Source: Verrucomicrobiota bacterium (lineage in GTDB: Bacteria > Verrucomicrobiota > Verrucomicrobiia > Limisphaerales > UBA1096). From it: a stretch of DNA of 54,981 bases. The notes beneath the pieces were generated by a model. The model saw only the letters and a list, made by a program, of their open reading frames with translations, was not told the DNA's origin and made no database searches. Of the stretch, positions 18,582 through 28,901 are shown in pieces. The stretch's first letter is position 1. Every line of letters starts with the position of its first letter. The position numbers were made by a program, and so were the translations under genes. The stretch lies in assembly GCA_030747605.1 (NCBI GenBank), contig JASLKL010000002.1, positions 1 through 54,981 on the forward strand, written 5' to 3'.

Positions 18582-19910
18582 TCAACTCTTACCAATGCAA
18601 TAAAGTCGACTGTTTGTTCGGATAAACAAGCTTCCATGAGCTACAGCAATGCTGGCTCGAGTTTGATCATCACCCGACTCTCCCATCTGAGCCTTATGCA
18701 ACACTTTGCCACTCTTAGCATCTATCACATGCACCATCCCAGCATGATTTTGCACATAGATCTTACCATCAGCTCCAGTCGGCGACCCTCTAAAAAGCGA
18801 ACGGCTATTGAGATTTGTAGCCCAATTAATCCTACCGCTCTTTGGGGCAACACAAGATAAAACTTTATCACGACCTTCGCCGTACAACACATAAAAGTTA
18901 TCTCGATAAAATAGTGGAGTACAAACATCGCTAGTAACTCCATCACGGCTCCCTTCACTATTCCAAGCTATACTTTTAGATTCACTACTAACATCGCCCT
19001 TAGCGCCAGCCTTGATCGCAAATACCGGCGCCCGCTTTGGGCCGCATGCAAGAATCACTCCATTACCAGCAACCGGAGATGGAACAAGACGCCAATGAGT
19101 AATGCGGGACGGATTCCAAGTTCCCCAACGCCAAAGTTCATTGCCCGTCTTCGGATCATGACCAGTCAAACAATCACCTCCAACTATTACGATTTCATCC
19201 CTACCACCGTGACTAAAAGGCAAGGGGGTGCTGAACGCTTCAAGAGACTCAGAGCGAGCCTTCGATGGACGATATGTTTTCCATATTTGTTTGCCAGTTT
19301 TAGGGTCCAAAGCCAAAAGATAAGAACGATTATCGTCAGTACCTTTTCCGCTCACTTTCGTGTCCCGCTGTAATACCTGCATATAAAGAACCCCGTTGTG
19401 AATCAACGGACTAGTGGAGAAGGTCCAAAGAAACGCAAATTGGCCATACTTTTCCTGCATATTAAAATTCCAGAGTTTATCCCCTTCCATAGTAAATGCA
19501 GCCAACTCTCCGCCACCATAGAAGAATGTCACAACTTCACCATCCGTCACAGGTGAAGGCGAAGCATAATTGCTGCGATTATCTTGGTTATGACCCTTAG
19601 CCACTTGATGAGACCATTTCAAAGCACCAGTTTTTCGATCATAACAATTCGCAGATAATCGCTCCTTGCTTGGGTTGGACGAAGACACAAAAACATTATC
19701 GCCCCAAACAATCGGCGTGCCGGCGCTGGGCCCATCCATTTTAACACTCCAAATCACATTCTTTGTTTTGCTAAAATTGGTTGGAAGATTTTTTTCGTCA
19801 GCAGATCCGTTATAGTTCGGCCCCCTCCAATTCCCCCATTCACCAGACTGTAGAACACCTGAAGACAAGGAGAATAACCCAGCAAACAATAATACTTTAC
19901 TCATTTTCAT
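18582..19910 (-). CDS. PQQ-like beta-propeller repeat protein (secreted)
   Basis: 442 aa. Signal peptide MKMSKVLLFAGLFSLSSGVLQSG. EWGNWRGPNYNGS start motif and repeated propeller-blade-like segments. Paralogous in layout to the 14644-16188 product. Confidence 0.7.
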   Translation of the reverse strand: MKMSKVLLFAGLFSLSSGVLQSGEWGNWRGPNYNGSADEKNLPTNFSKTKNVIWSVKMDGPSAGTPIVWGDNVFVSSSNPSKERLSANCYDRKTGALKWSHQVAKGHNQDNRSNYASPSPVTDGEVVTFFYGGGELAAFTMEGDKLWNFNMQEKYGQFAFLWTFSTSPLIHNGVLYMQVLQRDTKVSGKGTDDNRSYLLALDPKTGKQIWKTYRPSKARSESLEAFSTPLPFSHGGRDEIVIVGGDCLTGHDPKTGNELWRWGTWNPSRITHWRLVPSPVAGNGVILACGPKRAPVFAIKAGAKGDVSSESKSIAWNSEGSRDGVTSDVCTPLFYRDNFYVLYGEGRDKVLSCVAPKSGRINWATNLNSRSLFRGSPTGADGKIYVQNHAGMVHVIDAKSGKVLHKAQMGESGDDQTRASIAVAHGSLFIRTNSRLYCIGKS

Positions 19911-19915
19911 GATAA

Positions 19916-20170
19916 TTAATTAAATATTAAGTTAGAGAGATATTGCCATCCGCTCGATCGATAAGCCAGTCGAAACCGACCCAGAAATTGCAGCCCAAGT
20001 GTTTTCCTAAGTTCTGCTTCATTCATTGAATCCCGCTCTAATCGGTCAAAGATATTAAAGTGTGCTACCGCTGCGACGAGCAGTTCTGTTCCGTAATTAC
20101 CACGAAACAATTCGAAGATTGGTGTAGGATCGGTTGGAGGAAGAATAGATGACGAGGCAGTTCGATTCAC
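19916..20170 (-). pseudogene. possible remnant of a methyltransferase N-terminal (dimerisation/winged-helix) region
   Basis: 84-aa ORF wedged between two genes. PIFELFRGNYGTELLVAAVAHFNIFDRLERDSMNEAELRKTLGL resembles the N-terminal dimerisation domain of plant-type O-methyltransferase-like proteins. No catalytic SAM-binding domain follows. Confidence 0.25.
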
Positions 20171-20179
20171 AATATATAA

Positions 20180-21784
20180 TCAATCAATTTTTTCTTTTTC
20201 GAAATCACCGGGAGAAACCCAGCCAGCTCTAATTTTATCACCACTTGTATAGCGCTGATAAAAATTATCGGTCGATTTTCCAGAATAAGGATAGTTATCA
20301 AACACATCCCCTTTACCAAACATTCTAGGGTCATCCTGTTTACGAAGTTCTGCAAATAATTTTTCCTTCAATTCTTCTTTCAATTCAGAATGTCTTTCAG
20401 ATTTTGCTAGGTTGTTAATGCAGTCTATGTCTTGTTTAAGGTCAAACAACTCCTCTTTCTGTCGCTTACCAAAGTTGAGATTCCAAAAATGATATATACC
20501 ATTTCGACGTTGATTAAGGATAGCCGTTTTGGCCGGACTTCCATCACAATTCAAATATCCAGTTAAGGGATGACCAGAAGGCCAACGATTTGGCTTAAAG
20601 TTATGCAAATAAAGAACATCTTCCTTAACGATACCCCGAATAGGATAACCCCAATTATTTGGTCGACCAATATCGTGCCGTTCCTTTCCGATCAAAACAT
20701 GATCACGATCAGGGATAACACGACCCGATTTAGGGGAACGAAAAACCTCAAACAGGCTTCGCCCAGTAATTGACTGCATAATTGGAGCAATCTCGTCCAC
20801 CTCAGCCGCTTCGATAAATGTAGGAGCAAGATCCGCAAAACTAACATAGTCAGTTACCACTCGACTTCGCCCATTAATTCCTTTAGGCCAACGAATTGCT
20901 AACGGAATGTGGTTTGATGATTCATACGCCTGACCTTTAACGCGCGGAAAAGGCATTCCATGATCCGATGTTGCAACTATCAAAGTATTATCTAACTCCC
21001 CGTTCTTTTTTAGCAGAGCTATTATTTCACCCAAGTGTCTATCGTAATGCTCAACTTCTATGGAATAATCGAGCATATCGTTGCGAATTATCTCGTTATC
21101 GGGCCAATACTTTGGAACACGGTCGATGTCCTTCAACTTTTTTCCCATGCGTCTACCAACACCATACTCATAGCCTCTATGAGGCTCAGTCGTGCCATAC
21201 CAAAAAACCCAAGGTTTTTCTTTATCTTGATTGGCAGACTTTAGGAAATCAGCGAAGTTAGCAGCATAATTATTGTTAGATATAGCCTTGGCTGGCGGTT
21301 TATTCTTTTTACTTTGCCAAGCGGTTCCAGTGATTTTTCGATTATTGCCATTAATATCTTTGGCGAACCCTGGACCCCATCCCTTACCCGTATAGCCAGT
21401 GGTATAGCCGTTTTCCTCAAGTAGCTCTATCCAACCACCAAACTTGGCTGGAAAAAAAGTCATATGATTGCCAGCATTTTCCAACTGCCAAGAATATCTG
21501 CCAGTCAAAATAATTGCCCTCGAAGGGGCGCATTTGGCATTGGGCGTATAAGCACGTTGAAATAAAATCCCTTCTTTTGCTAATTGATCAAAATTCGGTG
21601 TCCGAACCCAATCGCAGCCATAGACTCCCGCATGCCCATAAGACCAATCATCCGCAATGGCAAATAGAATATTAGGACGCTCCTCAGCTTTAGGGAACAA
21701 AAGCATTCCCATTAAAAATAAACACTTAATTAAAAACCGCCTGATAAAACATCTCATCCACATGTGATACCCTTGGCAAGGCAT
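20180..21784 (-). CDS. sulfatase, Cys-type
   Basis: 534-aa frame. [36 protein letters not shown]. Start may be an internal Met (21763 or 21757), giving the signal peptide [22 protein letters not shown]. Confidence 0.9.
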   Translation of the reverse strand: MPCQGYHMWMRCFIRRFLIKCLFLMGMLLFPKAEERPNILFAIADDWSYGHAGVYGCDWVRTPNFDQLAKEGILFQRAYTPNAKCAPSRAIILTGRYSWQLENAGNHMTFFPAKFGGWIELLEENGYTTGYTGKGWGPGFAKDINGNNRKITGTAWQSKKNKPPAKAISNNNYAANFADFLKSANQDKEKPWVFWYGTTEPHRGYEYGVGRRMGKKLKDIDRVPKYWPDNEIIRNDMLDYSIEVEHYDRHLGEIIALLKKNGELDNTLIVATSDHGMPFPRVKGQAYESSNHIPLAIRWPKGINGRSRVVTDYVSFADLAPTFIEAAEVDEIAPIMQSITGRSLFEVFRSPKSGRVIPDRDHVLIGKERHDIGRPNNWGYPIRGIVKEDVLYLHNFKPNRWPSGHPLTGYLNCDGSPAKTAILNQRRNGIYHFWNLNFGKRQKEELFDLKQDIDCINNLAKSERHSELKEELKEKLFAELRKQDDPRMFGKGDVFDNYPYSGKSTDNFYQRYTSGDKIRAGWVSPGDFEKEKID

Positions 21785-21883
21785 CTGGCCAAGAGCAAAG
21801 AATTAACAGCTACTACTAATTCGGATTCCAAGTATTCTTAATGCAAATTCCATATTATTTTATTTCGTCTTAAAGCAGGAAGA

Positions 21884-22681
21884 CTACTTAGGCTGATATA
21901 CTCGAATCCAATCAACCTCCATTTGTACGGGAAATTGAGTTTTTACGGAAGGTGCACCAACAAATTTTCCCCCGACAGCTATGTTGAGTATGAGATGAAA
22001 TCTTTGGTCAAAGGGTGCAGGAAACGGAACCTCATCAACATTCCATCTTTTCTGTTTTTGCCAAGATTTACCATCAAGCGTCCAATGGATTTCACCCTTC
22101 GTCCACTCAACCCCAAAAACATGGAATTCGTCAGCGAATGTACCTTTAGCCAATTTCGTCTTACTTCCAGATGAACGGTTTCGCGGCCACTTACCGCCAT
22201 AATGAAGTGTACCTAAAAGCTCAGATGGCTTATTGCCATTTAACTCTATAATATCAATTTCACCACTAGCTGCCCATGAACCATATTTCTCATCGGTTGG
22301 AAGCATCCAAATAGCAGGCCAAATACCTTTGCCAATCGGCAATTTAGCACGAATCTCTACTTTCGCATAACGCCAATCACCACGATGTTTAGTTCGAATC
22401 TTTCCAGAGCTAAATTTCCTTACTGTCCCCTGAACATTGGGACTATCACGATGAGCTTCAATGATTAACTTGCCGTTATCAACACGTACATTCTTAAGAC
22501 GATCAGTGTATAATTGCAGCTCTTGATTCCCCCCGCCGAAGGCATCTTCGCAAATATCCCATTTAGCGTAATTCAGCTTAGAGTTATTAAATTCATCCGA
22601 CCAAACAAGTTTCCAATCAGCTGCCTTCACTTCAATTGAAAAAAATAGAACTGAAATCATTGGGACTATTAAGTATTTCAT
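21884..22681 (-). CDS. glycoside hydrolase family 16 (laminarinase/beta-glucanase-like)
   Basis: 265 aa. Signal peptide. GNQELQLYT, WPAIWMLP, and the catalytic GH16 motif E-I-D-I-I-E in ASGEIDIIEL. Confidence 0.85.
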   Translation of the reverse strand: MKYLIVPMISVLFFSIEVKAADWKLVWSDEFNNSKLNYAKWDICEDAFGGGNQELQLYTDRLKNVRVDNGKLIIEAHRDSPNVQGTVRKFSSGKIRTKHRGDWRYAKVEIRAKLPIGKGIWPAIWMLPTDEKYGSWAASGEIDIIELNGNKPSELLGTLHYGGKWPRNRSSGSKTKLAKGTFADEFHVFGVEWTKGEIHWTLDGKSWQKQKRWNVDEVPFPAPFDQRFHLILNIAVGGKFVGAPSVKTQFPVQMEVDWIRVYQPK

Positions 22682-22788
22682 TTTTGATCCTTACAAATAT
22701 TCAAAGAACTGTTTACAATTTTAGCTTGCCAAATTGAAACGTTTTTCGTTCGATTAATAAAATTCGATTTTTGAATCAATAAAATAAA

Positions 22789-23667
22789 ATGTGCACACCG
22801 AATGTAATCGAAAAAGTTCGAAAGCGTATTTCTCGCCGTAATCTAATCAAAGGTGGTGCTGCCTCTGCTGCTGGGATCTTTGCTTCTGGGTGCGGGTCTG
22901 AACCAAAAGCAAAACTCAACAATACGCCTCCTGATTCTGTCTCATTCAATCGAGTAGTAGATCTAACACACACACTCCACCCTGAATTCCCTGCATGGTT
23001 CGTCCCCGGAGTAGAGCACAAAGGCGGAACCAAAACGTTCCTGCCCCCAGCTATCGTAGAAGTCGAACGCGTCATGAAATTTGAAGAGATTAGAGTTAAC
23101 TTAAACAAAGTGTCATACTGGGAACATGTTGGAACTCACATGGATGCTCCTAGTCATTTTTCTGAAGGCAGCACAGTCGACAAAATCCCTGTGGAAGATC
23201 TGGTATTGCCACTTGCTGTAATTGACATAAAAGCCAAAGCCGAACGCGACCCTCTGGCACTCCTTACGCTTGAAGATATAAAGAATTGGGAGAAGAAAAA
23301 CGGACCCATTCCAGAACGCGCCTGCCTCGCAATGAATAGTGGATGGGCCAATCATGTCAAAACCCCTAAATTCAAGAGTCTAAATTCAGAAGGAAAGCAC
23401 CAACAACCAGCTTTCCACATTGATGCAATCGAATTCATCAAAGAAGAACGAAATGTTGTTTCAATAGCAGTAGATACTTTCTCCTTCGACAACCTACACT
23501 CCCCTGAGAGCGATGTGCATTACTCATGGCTCGGAGACGAGCGTTGGGGGATAGAAATTGTGAATAATCTTGATGAAGTCCCAGCTTTAGGTGCAACCGT
23601 AGTAGTAGGCCAACCAAAAATCCAAGGTGGAAGCGGAGGTCCAAATCGAGTTATGGCATTAATTTAA
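22789..23667 (+). CDS. cyclase-family protein (kynurenine formamidase-like fold) with Tat signal and lipobox
   Basis: 292 aa. SRRNLIKGGAASAAGIFASGC (twin-Arg plus lipobox Cys). Metal-binding motif HVGTHMDAPSHF (H-x-G-T-H-x-D-x-P-x-H). Confidence 0.75.
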   Translation: MCTPNVIEKVRKRISRRNLIKGGAASAAGIFASGCGSEPKAKLNNTPPDSVSFNRVVDLTHTLHPEFPAWFVPGVEHKGGTKTFLPPAIVEVERVMKFEEIRVNLNKVSYWEHVGTHMDAPSHFSEGSTVDKIPVEDLVLPLAVIDIKAKAERDPLALLTLEDIKNWEKKNGPIPERACLAMNSGWANHVKTPKFKSLNSEGKHQQPAFHIDAIEFIKEERNVVSIAVDTFSFDNLHSPESDVHYSWLGDERWGIEIVNNLDEVPALGATVVVGQPKIQGGSGGPNRVMALI

Positions 23668-23692
23668 AACAATCAATCGCGCCAAAAAAAGA

Positions 23693-24931
23693 ATGTTAAG
23701 GCTAATCATTTTATCGATTGCAGGGATAGGCTTATTCAGCAGTCAGTGTGCAATAGCTCAAAAATACGGAGATTGCCATTTCCACTTATTAGATTTTCTC
23801 CAAAATGGAGAGTTCGACAATAGGGATGGAGCCTTTCCATGCAACGCCTCCGGGTTAATGAAAGATGGGCGATATTTTCAGTTGCCATACGGTGAACGGT
23901 ATCGCCGCCTAACCGGACTGCTTGATATTGCTGAAAAACACAACATTGAAGATTTAATTGTATGTGGAATGCCATTCGTCAAAAAATGGGCTGAAGACGA
24001 TTTTTTTCTACGCCCAAAATATTATCTAGATTCCAGTTCTCGGGTTAAGGCGGCCAGAGATACTGACCTTCAAGTGGCAGTAGCATTCATGGACTACAAA
24101 AAAAAATTTAGAAATGAGAAGACACAACTTGAAAAGCTTGATCAATTACATCCATTCATCTGTGGCCTAGACACAACTGATCTTGGAGCAGTAGATTTAG
24201 CAATTAAACGCATTCAAGAATATCCAGGGATCTGGAAAGGTTTAGGCGAACTCATGTCCCGCCATGACGATCTTACCAATCTTACCACTGGAGAACGCCC
24301 TCGCGCGAATCATCCTTCATTAATTCGCCTGTTCAAGTTTGCCGGTCAAGTAAGTTTACCTGTAAGCATTCACCACAATGTGGCTCCAATCTCCAGAAAT
24401 AATAATGAAGTAAAACAGCCGTTGTATCTAAACGAGTTACTAGATCTACTAGATCTAACCATTCTTAATGAAGTTGATAAGACAAAAAGGCCAATTGTAA
24501 TCTGGTGTCATGCCGGCATTAGTCGTCGAATTGTGATTAGTAATTACCATCAAGTACTCGATAACATCCTCAAGGATTACCATGAAAATCTCTATTTAGA
24601 TTTATCTTGGGTAGTACTGGGATCCTATGTGTATAAAGATCTAGATAATTGGACGGCCTTAATACAAAAATATCCCAATAACTTTCTTATAGGATCGGAT
24701 TCAGTTGGGAAATACAGCGGGATACCCATGGAGTTGAAAAAATATCGAGTACTACTCAATGCACTGAAGGCAGAAACACGATCGAAAGTCGCATATAAAA
24801 ATCTAGCAATACTTCTAGACAAGTCTGAATCCGACAGGAAACTCAAAGGACTTGGCGTCGGGGGTATCACCCTTCCTCTTAATTTTTCACTGCCAGATAA
24901 ATTCGGCCTTGAAAATCTTGGAAATAAATAA
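23693..24931 (+). CDS. putative metal-dependent amidohydrolase-fold (TIM-barrel) hydrolase, secreted
   Basis: 412 aa. Signal peptide. N-terminal DCHFHLL resembles the amidohydrolase D/H-x-H metal motif, and the later FLIGSDS resembles the GSD(F/Y)P end motif of Amidohydro_2. Assignment is tentative. Confidence 0.45.
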   Translation: MLRLIILSIAGIGLFSSQCAIAQKYGDCHFHLLDFLQNGEFDNRDGAFPCNASGLMKDGRYFQLPYGERYRRLTGLLDIAEKHNIEDLIVCGMPFVKKWAEDDFFLRPKYYLDSSSRVKAARDTDLQVAVAFMDYKKKFRNEKTQLEKLDQLHPFICGLDTTDLGAVDLAIKRIQEYPGIWKGLGELMSRHDDLTNLTTGERPRANHPSLIRLFKFAGQVSLPVSIHHNVAPISRNNNEVKQPLYLNELLDLLDLTILNEVDKTKRPIVIWCHAGISRRIVISNYHQVLDNILKDYHENLYLDLSWVVLGSYVYKDLDNWTALIQKYPNNFLIGSDSVGKYSGIPMELKKYRVLLNALKAETRSKVAYKNLAILLDKSESDRKLKGLGVGGITLPLNFSLPDKFGLENLGNK

Positions 24932-24969
24932 ATCTCTACACAAATATTTATCAAAATAATCATAAAAAG

Positions 24970-27342
24970 GTGGCATGCCTTTTTTATATCTTTATTTTTT
25001 GTCCAGTGAATACCTTGTGTGTTTTTATCCTTTTTGCTTTAAGCCTGTTTATTTCAACGGGATTACCCGCAGAGGATCGTATTCGATTTAATCGGGATAT
25101 CAGACCTATCATCTCAGATAATTGCTTTGCATGCCATGGTTTTGACAGCAATAAGCGCAAAGCCAACCTCCGCCTGGATATGTTTGACGAATCGCTTTTT
25201 AAGCAAAAAATTCTTGTGCCAGGCTTGCCAAATCAAAGCTTATTATATCAACGCATAACTAAAAAAACTCACAAAGATTTAATGCCACCACACAAAACCG
25301 GCAAATCACTTACCTATAATCAGAAGAATAAAATTCGTGACTGGATCAAACAAGGAGCAAAATACGAAGGACACTGGGCATACACACCAGTTAGACGACC
25401 GAAAATTCCTAAAGTACAAAACATTAAATGGCCAAGAAATGCAATTGACAGTTTTATATTAGCAGCACTTGAAGCAAACCAGCTTCAGCCTTCAAAACCT
25501 AGCCCTTCGCATATACTGACTAGACGTCTTTATTTTGACCTAATAGGTCTCCCTCCATCAATTGACAACCAACAAGATTTCACTGAGAAAAATTCACTAG
25601 ATATATCTAGATTGGTGGATGACCTATTATCAAGGCCACAGTTTGGGGAACGCATGGCTATTAATTGGCTCGACTTAGTCCGTTACGGCGACAGTAATGG
25701 CTACCATGCTGATATCGAGTGGAGTGTGTTTCCTTATCGAGATTATGTGATTACAGCATTCAATGAAAATCGCCCATTCAATAAATTCACTCGCGAGCAA
25801 ATAGCCGGAGATCTGCTACCAAACGCATCTCTGCAACAAAAAATCGGCGCGTCTTACAATCGGTTAAACATGAAGAGTACTGAAGGTGGAATTCAAGATG
25901 CAGAATATCGAGTGAAATATTCCGCTGACCGGGTGAGAACAACCTCTAGCACTTGGCTTGGATCGACACTAGGATGCGCCGAATGTCACGACCATAAATT
26001 TGATCCATTTACGAGCCGAGACTTTTATCAATTTGCAGCTTTTTTTGCCGACATAAAACAACTTGGATACTACCCGGGCGCTCAATCAAAAGGCTGGGGG
26101 GAAACAATAAGCGTGCCAAACGAAACCCAACATAATGAACTTAAAAAATTGAAGTTAGATTTGGTTAAAGCCTCCAGAGGCTTAAAGGAAGAAGAGAAAA
26201 AAAAGAACGAAAGATATAAAAAAGCTCTTAATACACTTAATGATTTCACTAAATCTATTCCTACTGTTTTAGCAACGGTTTCAACCAAACCTCAAATCAC
26301 ACGTATACTACCACGTGGCAATTGGATGGATCAATCCGGTGAGATTGTGCAACCTGATATTCCTGGATTTCTCAAAAATAAAGAGCTAACTAAAGATCCG
26401 CCGCGCCTAGCATTAGCTAATTGGCTTACAGATAAAGATAATCCCCTAACCGCTCGTGTATTTGTGAATCGACTCTGGAAATATTTTTTTGGACGTGGAT
26501 TATCTAGAGTACTTGATGATTTTGGCTCACAGGGAACAGCACCAACACATCCTGACCTTTTAGACTGGCTTGCTGCAGAATTCATGGATTCGGACTGGGA
26601 CATCAAACATATGGTGCGACTGATCACAACATCACAAGCATATAGACAATCATCGAAGAGTTCGAAAATGCTTGAACTCACCGATCCATACAATCAACTA
26701 ATCGCCCGCCAAGCAAGGTACCGACTAGACGCAGAACTTGTCCGTGATAATGCCCTTGCTGTAAGCGGACTGCTAATTCAAAAAATTGGAGGAAGAAGCG
26801 TAAAACCATACCAGCCATCGGGGTACTGGGCTAACCTACATTTTCCCCAACGCACCTATAAGCATGATACTGGTTCCGCGCAGTACAGACGTGGTTTATA
26901 CACCCACTGGCAACGTCAATTTCTTCATCCGGCTCTACTAGCATTTGATGCCCCATCAAGAGAGGAGTGCACCGCCGAAAGACCACGATCAAACACACCG
27001 ATTGCCGCCTTGGTAATGCTCAATGATCCTTCTCAGATTGAAGCCGCTAGAGTACTTGCCGAACGCATCTTGAAACGTCAAATATTAACCTTAAAAGATC
27101 AATTTAATGCTCTCGGAAAACAAGTCCTGTCTCGGCCATTTAATAATCAAGAACAAATACTTCTCGCTAAATTGTTGCGCGAACATATCGAAGAATTTGA
27201 GTCTAATCCAATAGAGGCCAACAAACTGGTCAGTATCGGGATCACACCTTATACAACTGAAATTCCAAAAGTCGAATTAGCAGCATGGATCTCAGTCACG
27301 AGGGCTGTACTAAATCTCCATGAAACCATTACGAGGAATTAA
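24970..27342 (+). CDS. PSCyt (cytochrome c-like) / DUF1549 / DUF1553 family protein
   Basis: 790-aa frame (GTG 24970; GTG 25006 gives a cleaner signal peptide). N-terminal CFACHG heme-type CxxCH. FGERMAINWLDLVRYGDSNGYH (DUF1549-like). Central CAECHDHKFDPF. C-terminal DUF1553-like HPDLLDWLA..FDAPSRE. Confidence 0.85.
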   Translation: MACLFYIFIFCPVNTLCVFILFALSLFISTGLPAEDRIRFNRDIRPIISDNCFACHGFDSNKRKANLRLDMFDESLFKQKILVPGLPNQSLLYQRITKKTHKDLMPPHKTGKSLTYNQKNKIRDWIKQGAKYEGHWAYTPVRRPKIPKVQNIKWPRNAIDSFILAALEANQLQPSKPSPSHILTRRLYFDLIGLPPSIDNQQDFTEKNSLDISRLVDDLLSRPQFGERMAINWLDLVRYGDSNGYHADIEWSVFPYRDYVITAFNENRPFNKFTREQIAGDLLPNASLQQKIGASYNRLNMKSTEGGIQDAEYRVKYSADRVRTTSSTWLGSTLGCAECHDHKFDPFTSRDFYQFAAFFADIKQLGYYPGAQSKGWGETISVPNETQHNELKKLKLDLVKASRGLKEEEKKKNERYKKALNTLNDFTKSIPTVLATVSTKPQITRILPRGNWMDQSGEIVQPDIPGFLKNKELTKDPPRLALANWLTDKDNPLTARVFVNRLWKYFFGRGLSRVLDDFGSQGTAPTHPDLLDWLAAEFMDSDWDIKHMVRLITTSQAYRQSSKSSKMLELTDPYNQLIARQARYRLDAELVRDNALAVSGLLIQKIGGRSVKPYQPSGYWANLHFPQRTYKHDTGSAQYRRGLYTHWQRQFLHPALLAFDAPSREECTAERPRSNTPIAALVMLNDPSQIEAARVLAERILKRQILTLKDQFNALGKQVLSRPFNNQEQILLAKLLREHIEEFESNPIEANKLVSIGITPYTTEIPKVELAAWISVTRAVLNLHETITRN

Positions 27343-27344
27343 TC

Positions 27345-28772
27345 ATGAAACTAGAAAAACAAATTTCAATAGAACTTAATAGACGTAGCTTTCTTAGCAA
27401 AACGGGAATTGGGCTTGGCCTTACAGCACTTGGCTCAATTATAAATCCATTAACAAATATTGCTAATAATGCAGACAAACGCTGGTCAGGTGTGATGGCT
27501 CCCCCACCCCTACCGGTCAAAGCTAAACGAGTAATCTTTCTGTGCATGGCAGGAGGACCATCCCATCTTGAAACATTCGATAATAAACCGGAATTAGCCA
27601 AGCTGCATGGAAAATCAATGCCAGAATCTTTCACCAAAGGACAACAAATTGCCCAACTCCAAGGCAAAGAACTCAAGGCATTTGGGCCGCAACATAAATT
27701 TAAACGATGGGGACAATCTGAACAAGAAATCACAACAATCTTTCCTAACATCGGTAAGATTGCAGATGAAATTGCAATTATACGCTCAATGCAAACCGAA
27801 CAGATTAATCATGACCCAGCCCATACATTCATGAATACTGGATCAATCATTTCAGGCCGCCCATCAATGGGCTCATGGATTAATTACGGACTTGGAAGCG
27901 AAAACAACGACCTTCCCGGTTTTGTAGTCTTAACTTCAGTAGGGGGAGGACAATCACAACCAATTGCAGCAAGGCAATGGCATAGCGGATTCTTACCAAG
28001 TCGTTTTCAAGGAGTTCGATTTCGCAGCAAAGGAGATCCTGTCCTCTATGTAAATAATCCAAATGGAGTTAATCGAAAACAACAAGGTGATATTGTAAAT
28101 ACAATACAAGGACTAAACCAAATTGCATATAATAGCTTTATAGATCCAGAAATCGAAACACGAATTGCCCAATATGAAATGGCCTTTCGCATGCAAGCAA
28201 GTGTCCCAGAGCTAATGAATACCGCAAATGAACCTCAACATATTTTAGATCTCTACGGAACAAAGGGCAGTGATGGCACCTTTGCCAGTAACTGCCTTCT
28301 TGCGCGGAGACTAGCTGAACGAGGTGTCAGATTCATTCAGCTCTACCATAGAGGCTGGGATCATCACGGTGGCATTAAGAAAGGAATACAACATACTGCC
28401 AACCTAGTAGACAAGGCTACCGCAGCACTTATAATCGATCTCAAGCAACGAGGAATGCTTGACGACACACTGATTGTCTATGGCGGAGAATTTGGCCGAA
28501 CACCTATGGCGCAAGGAAACGGTCGAGACCACCATATTAAAGCATTCTCTATGTGGCTTGCTGGAGCAGGAATTAAAGGAGGAGTGACGCATGGCACTAC
28601 TGACGAACTAGGCTACAATGCCGTCAAAGATGTTGTATCTGTGCATGATTTACACGCAACAATACTCTATCTTTTAGGCATCCCACATAAACAACTAACC
28701 TACCGCTTTCAGGGCCGAGATTTTAGATTAACAGATGTCCACGGCAATCGCGTAAAATCGATACTAGCTTAA
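27345..28772 (+). CDS. DUF1501 domain protein (sulfatase/alkaline-phosphatase-like fold), Tat signal
   Basis: 475 aa. Starts 2 nt after the upstream stop. NRRSFLSKTGIGLGLTAL, MAGGPSHLETFD, GGEFGRTP, GRDHH, RLTDVHG. Confidence 0.88.
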   Translation: MKLEKQISIELNRRSFLSKTGIGLGLTALGSIINPLTNIANNADKRWSGVMAPPPLPVKAKRVIFLCMAGGPSHLETFDNKPELAKLHGKSMPESFTKGQQIAQLQGKELKAFGPQHKFKRWGQSEQEITTIFPNIGKIADEIAIIRSMQTEQINHDPAHTFMNTGSIISGRPSMGSWINYGLGSENNDLPGFVVLTSVGGGQSQPIAARQWHSGFLPSRFQGVRFRSKGDPVLYVNNPNGVNRKQQGDIVNTIQGLNQIAYNSFIDPEIETRIAQYEMAFRMQASVPELMNTANEPQHILDLYGTKGSDGTFASNCLLARRLAERGVRFIQLYHRGWDHHGGIKKGIQHTANLVDKATAALIIDLKQRGMLDDTLIVYGGEFGRTPMAQGNGRDHHIKAFSMWLAGAGIKGGVTHGTTDELGYNAVKDVVSVHDLHATILYLLGIPHKQLTYRFQGRDFRLTDVHGNRVKSILA

Positions 28773-28901
28773 AATCTAGTTTATTATTTCTCCTCATATC
28801 TATTTAATCAATCAACGCAAATAAGAAACCCAGTAATCACTTGCCTTGCAACGCTTGATTTCCCCTAAATCTTAGCTCAAAATTCCCTTCTGATTTTCAA
28901 T

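Noticed and set aside
24950-24985. AT-rich hairpin AAAAAGG-tggcatg-CCTTTTT after the amidohydrolase gene, considered as a terminator
   Set aside because: The stem is weak (mostly A:T), and it overlaps the candidate GTG start (24970) of the next gene. Not convincing as a terminator.
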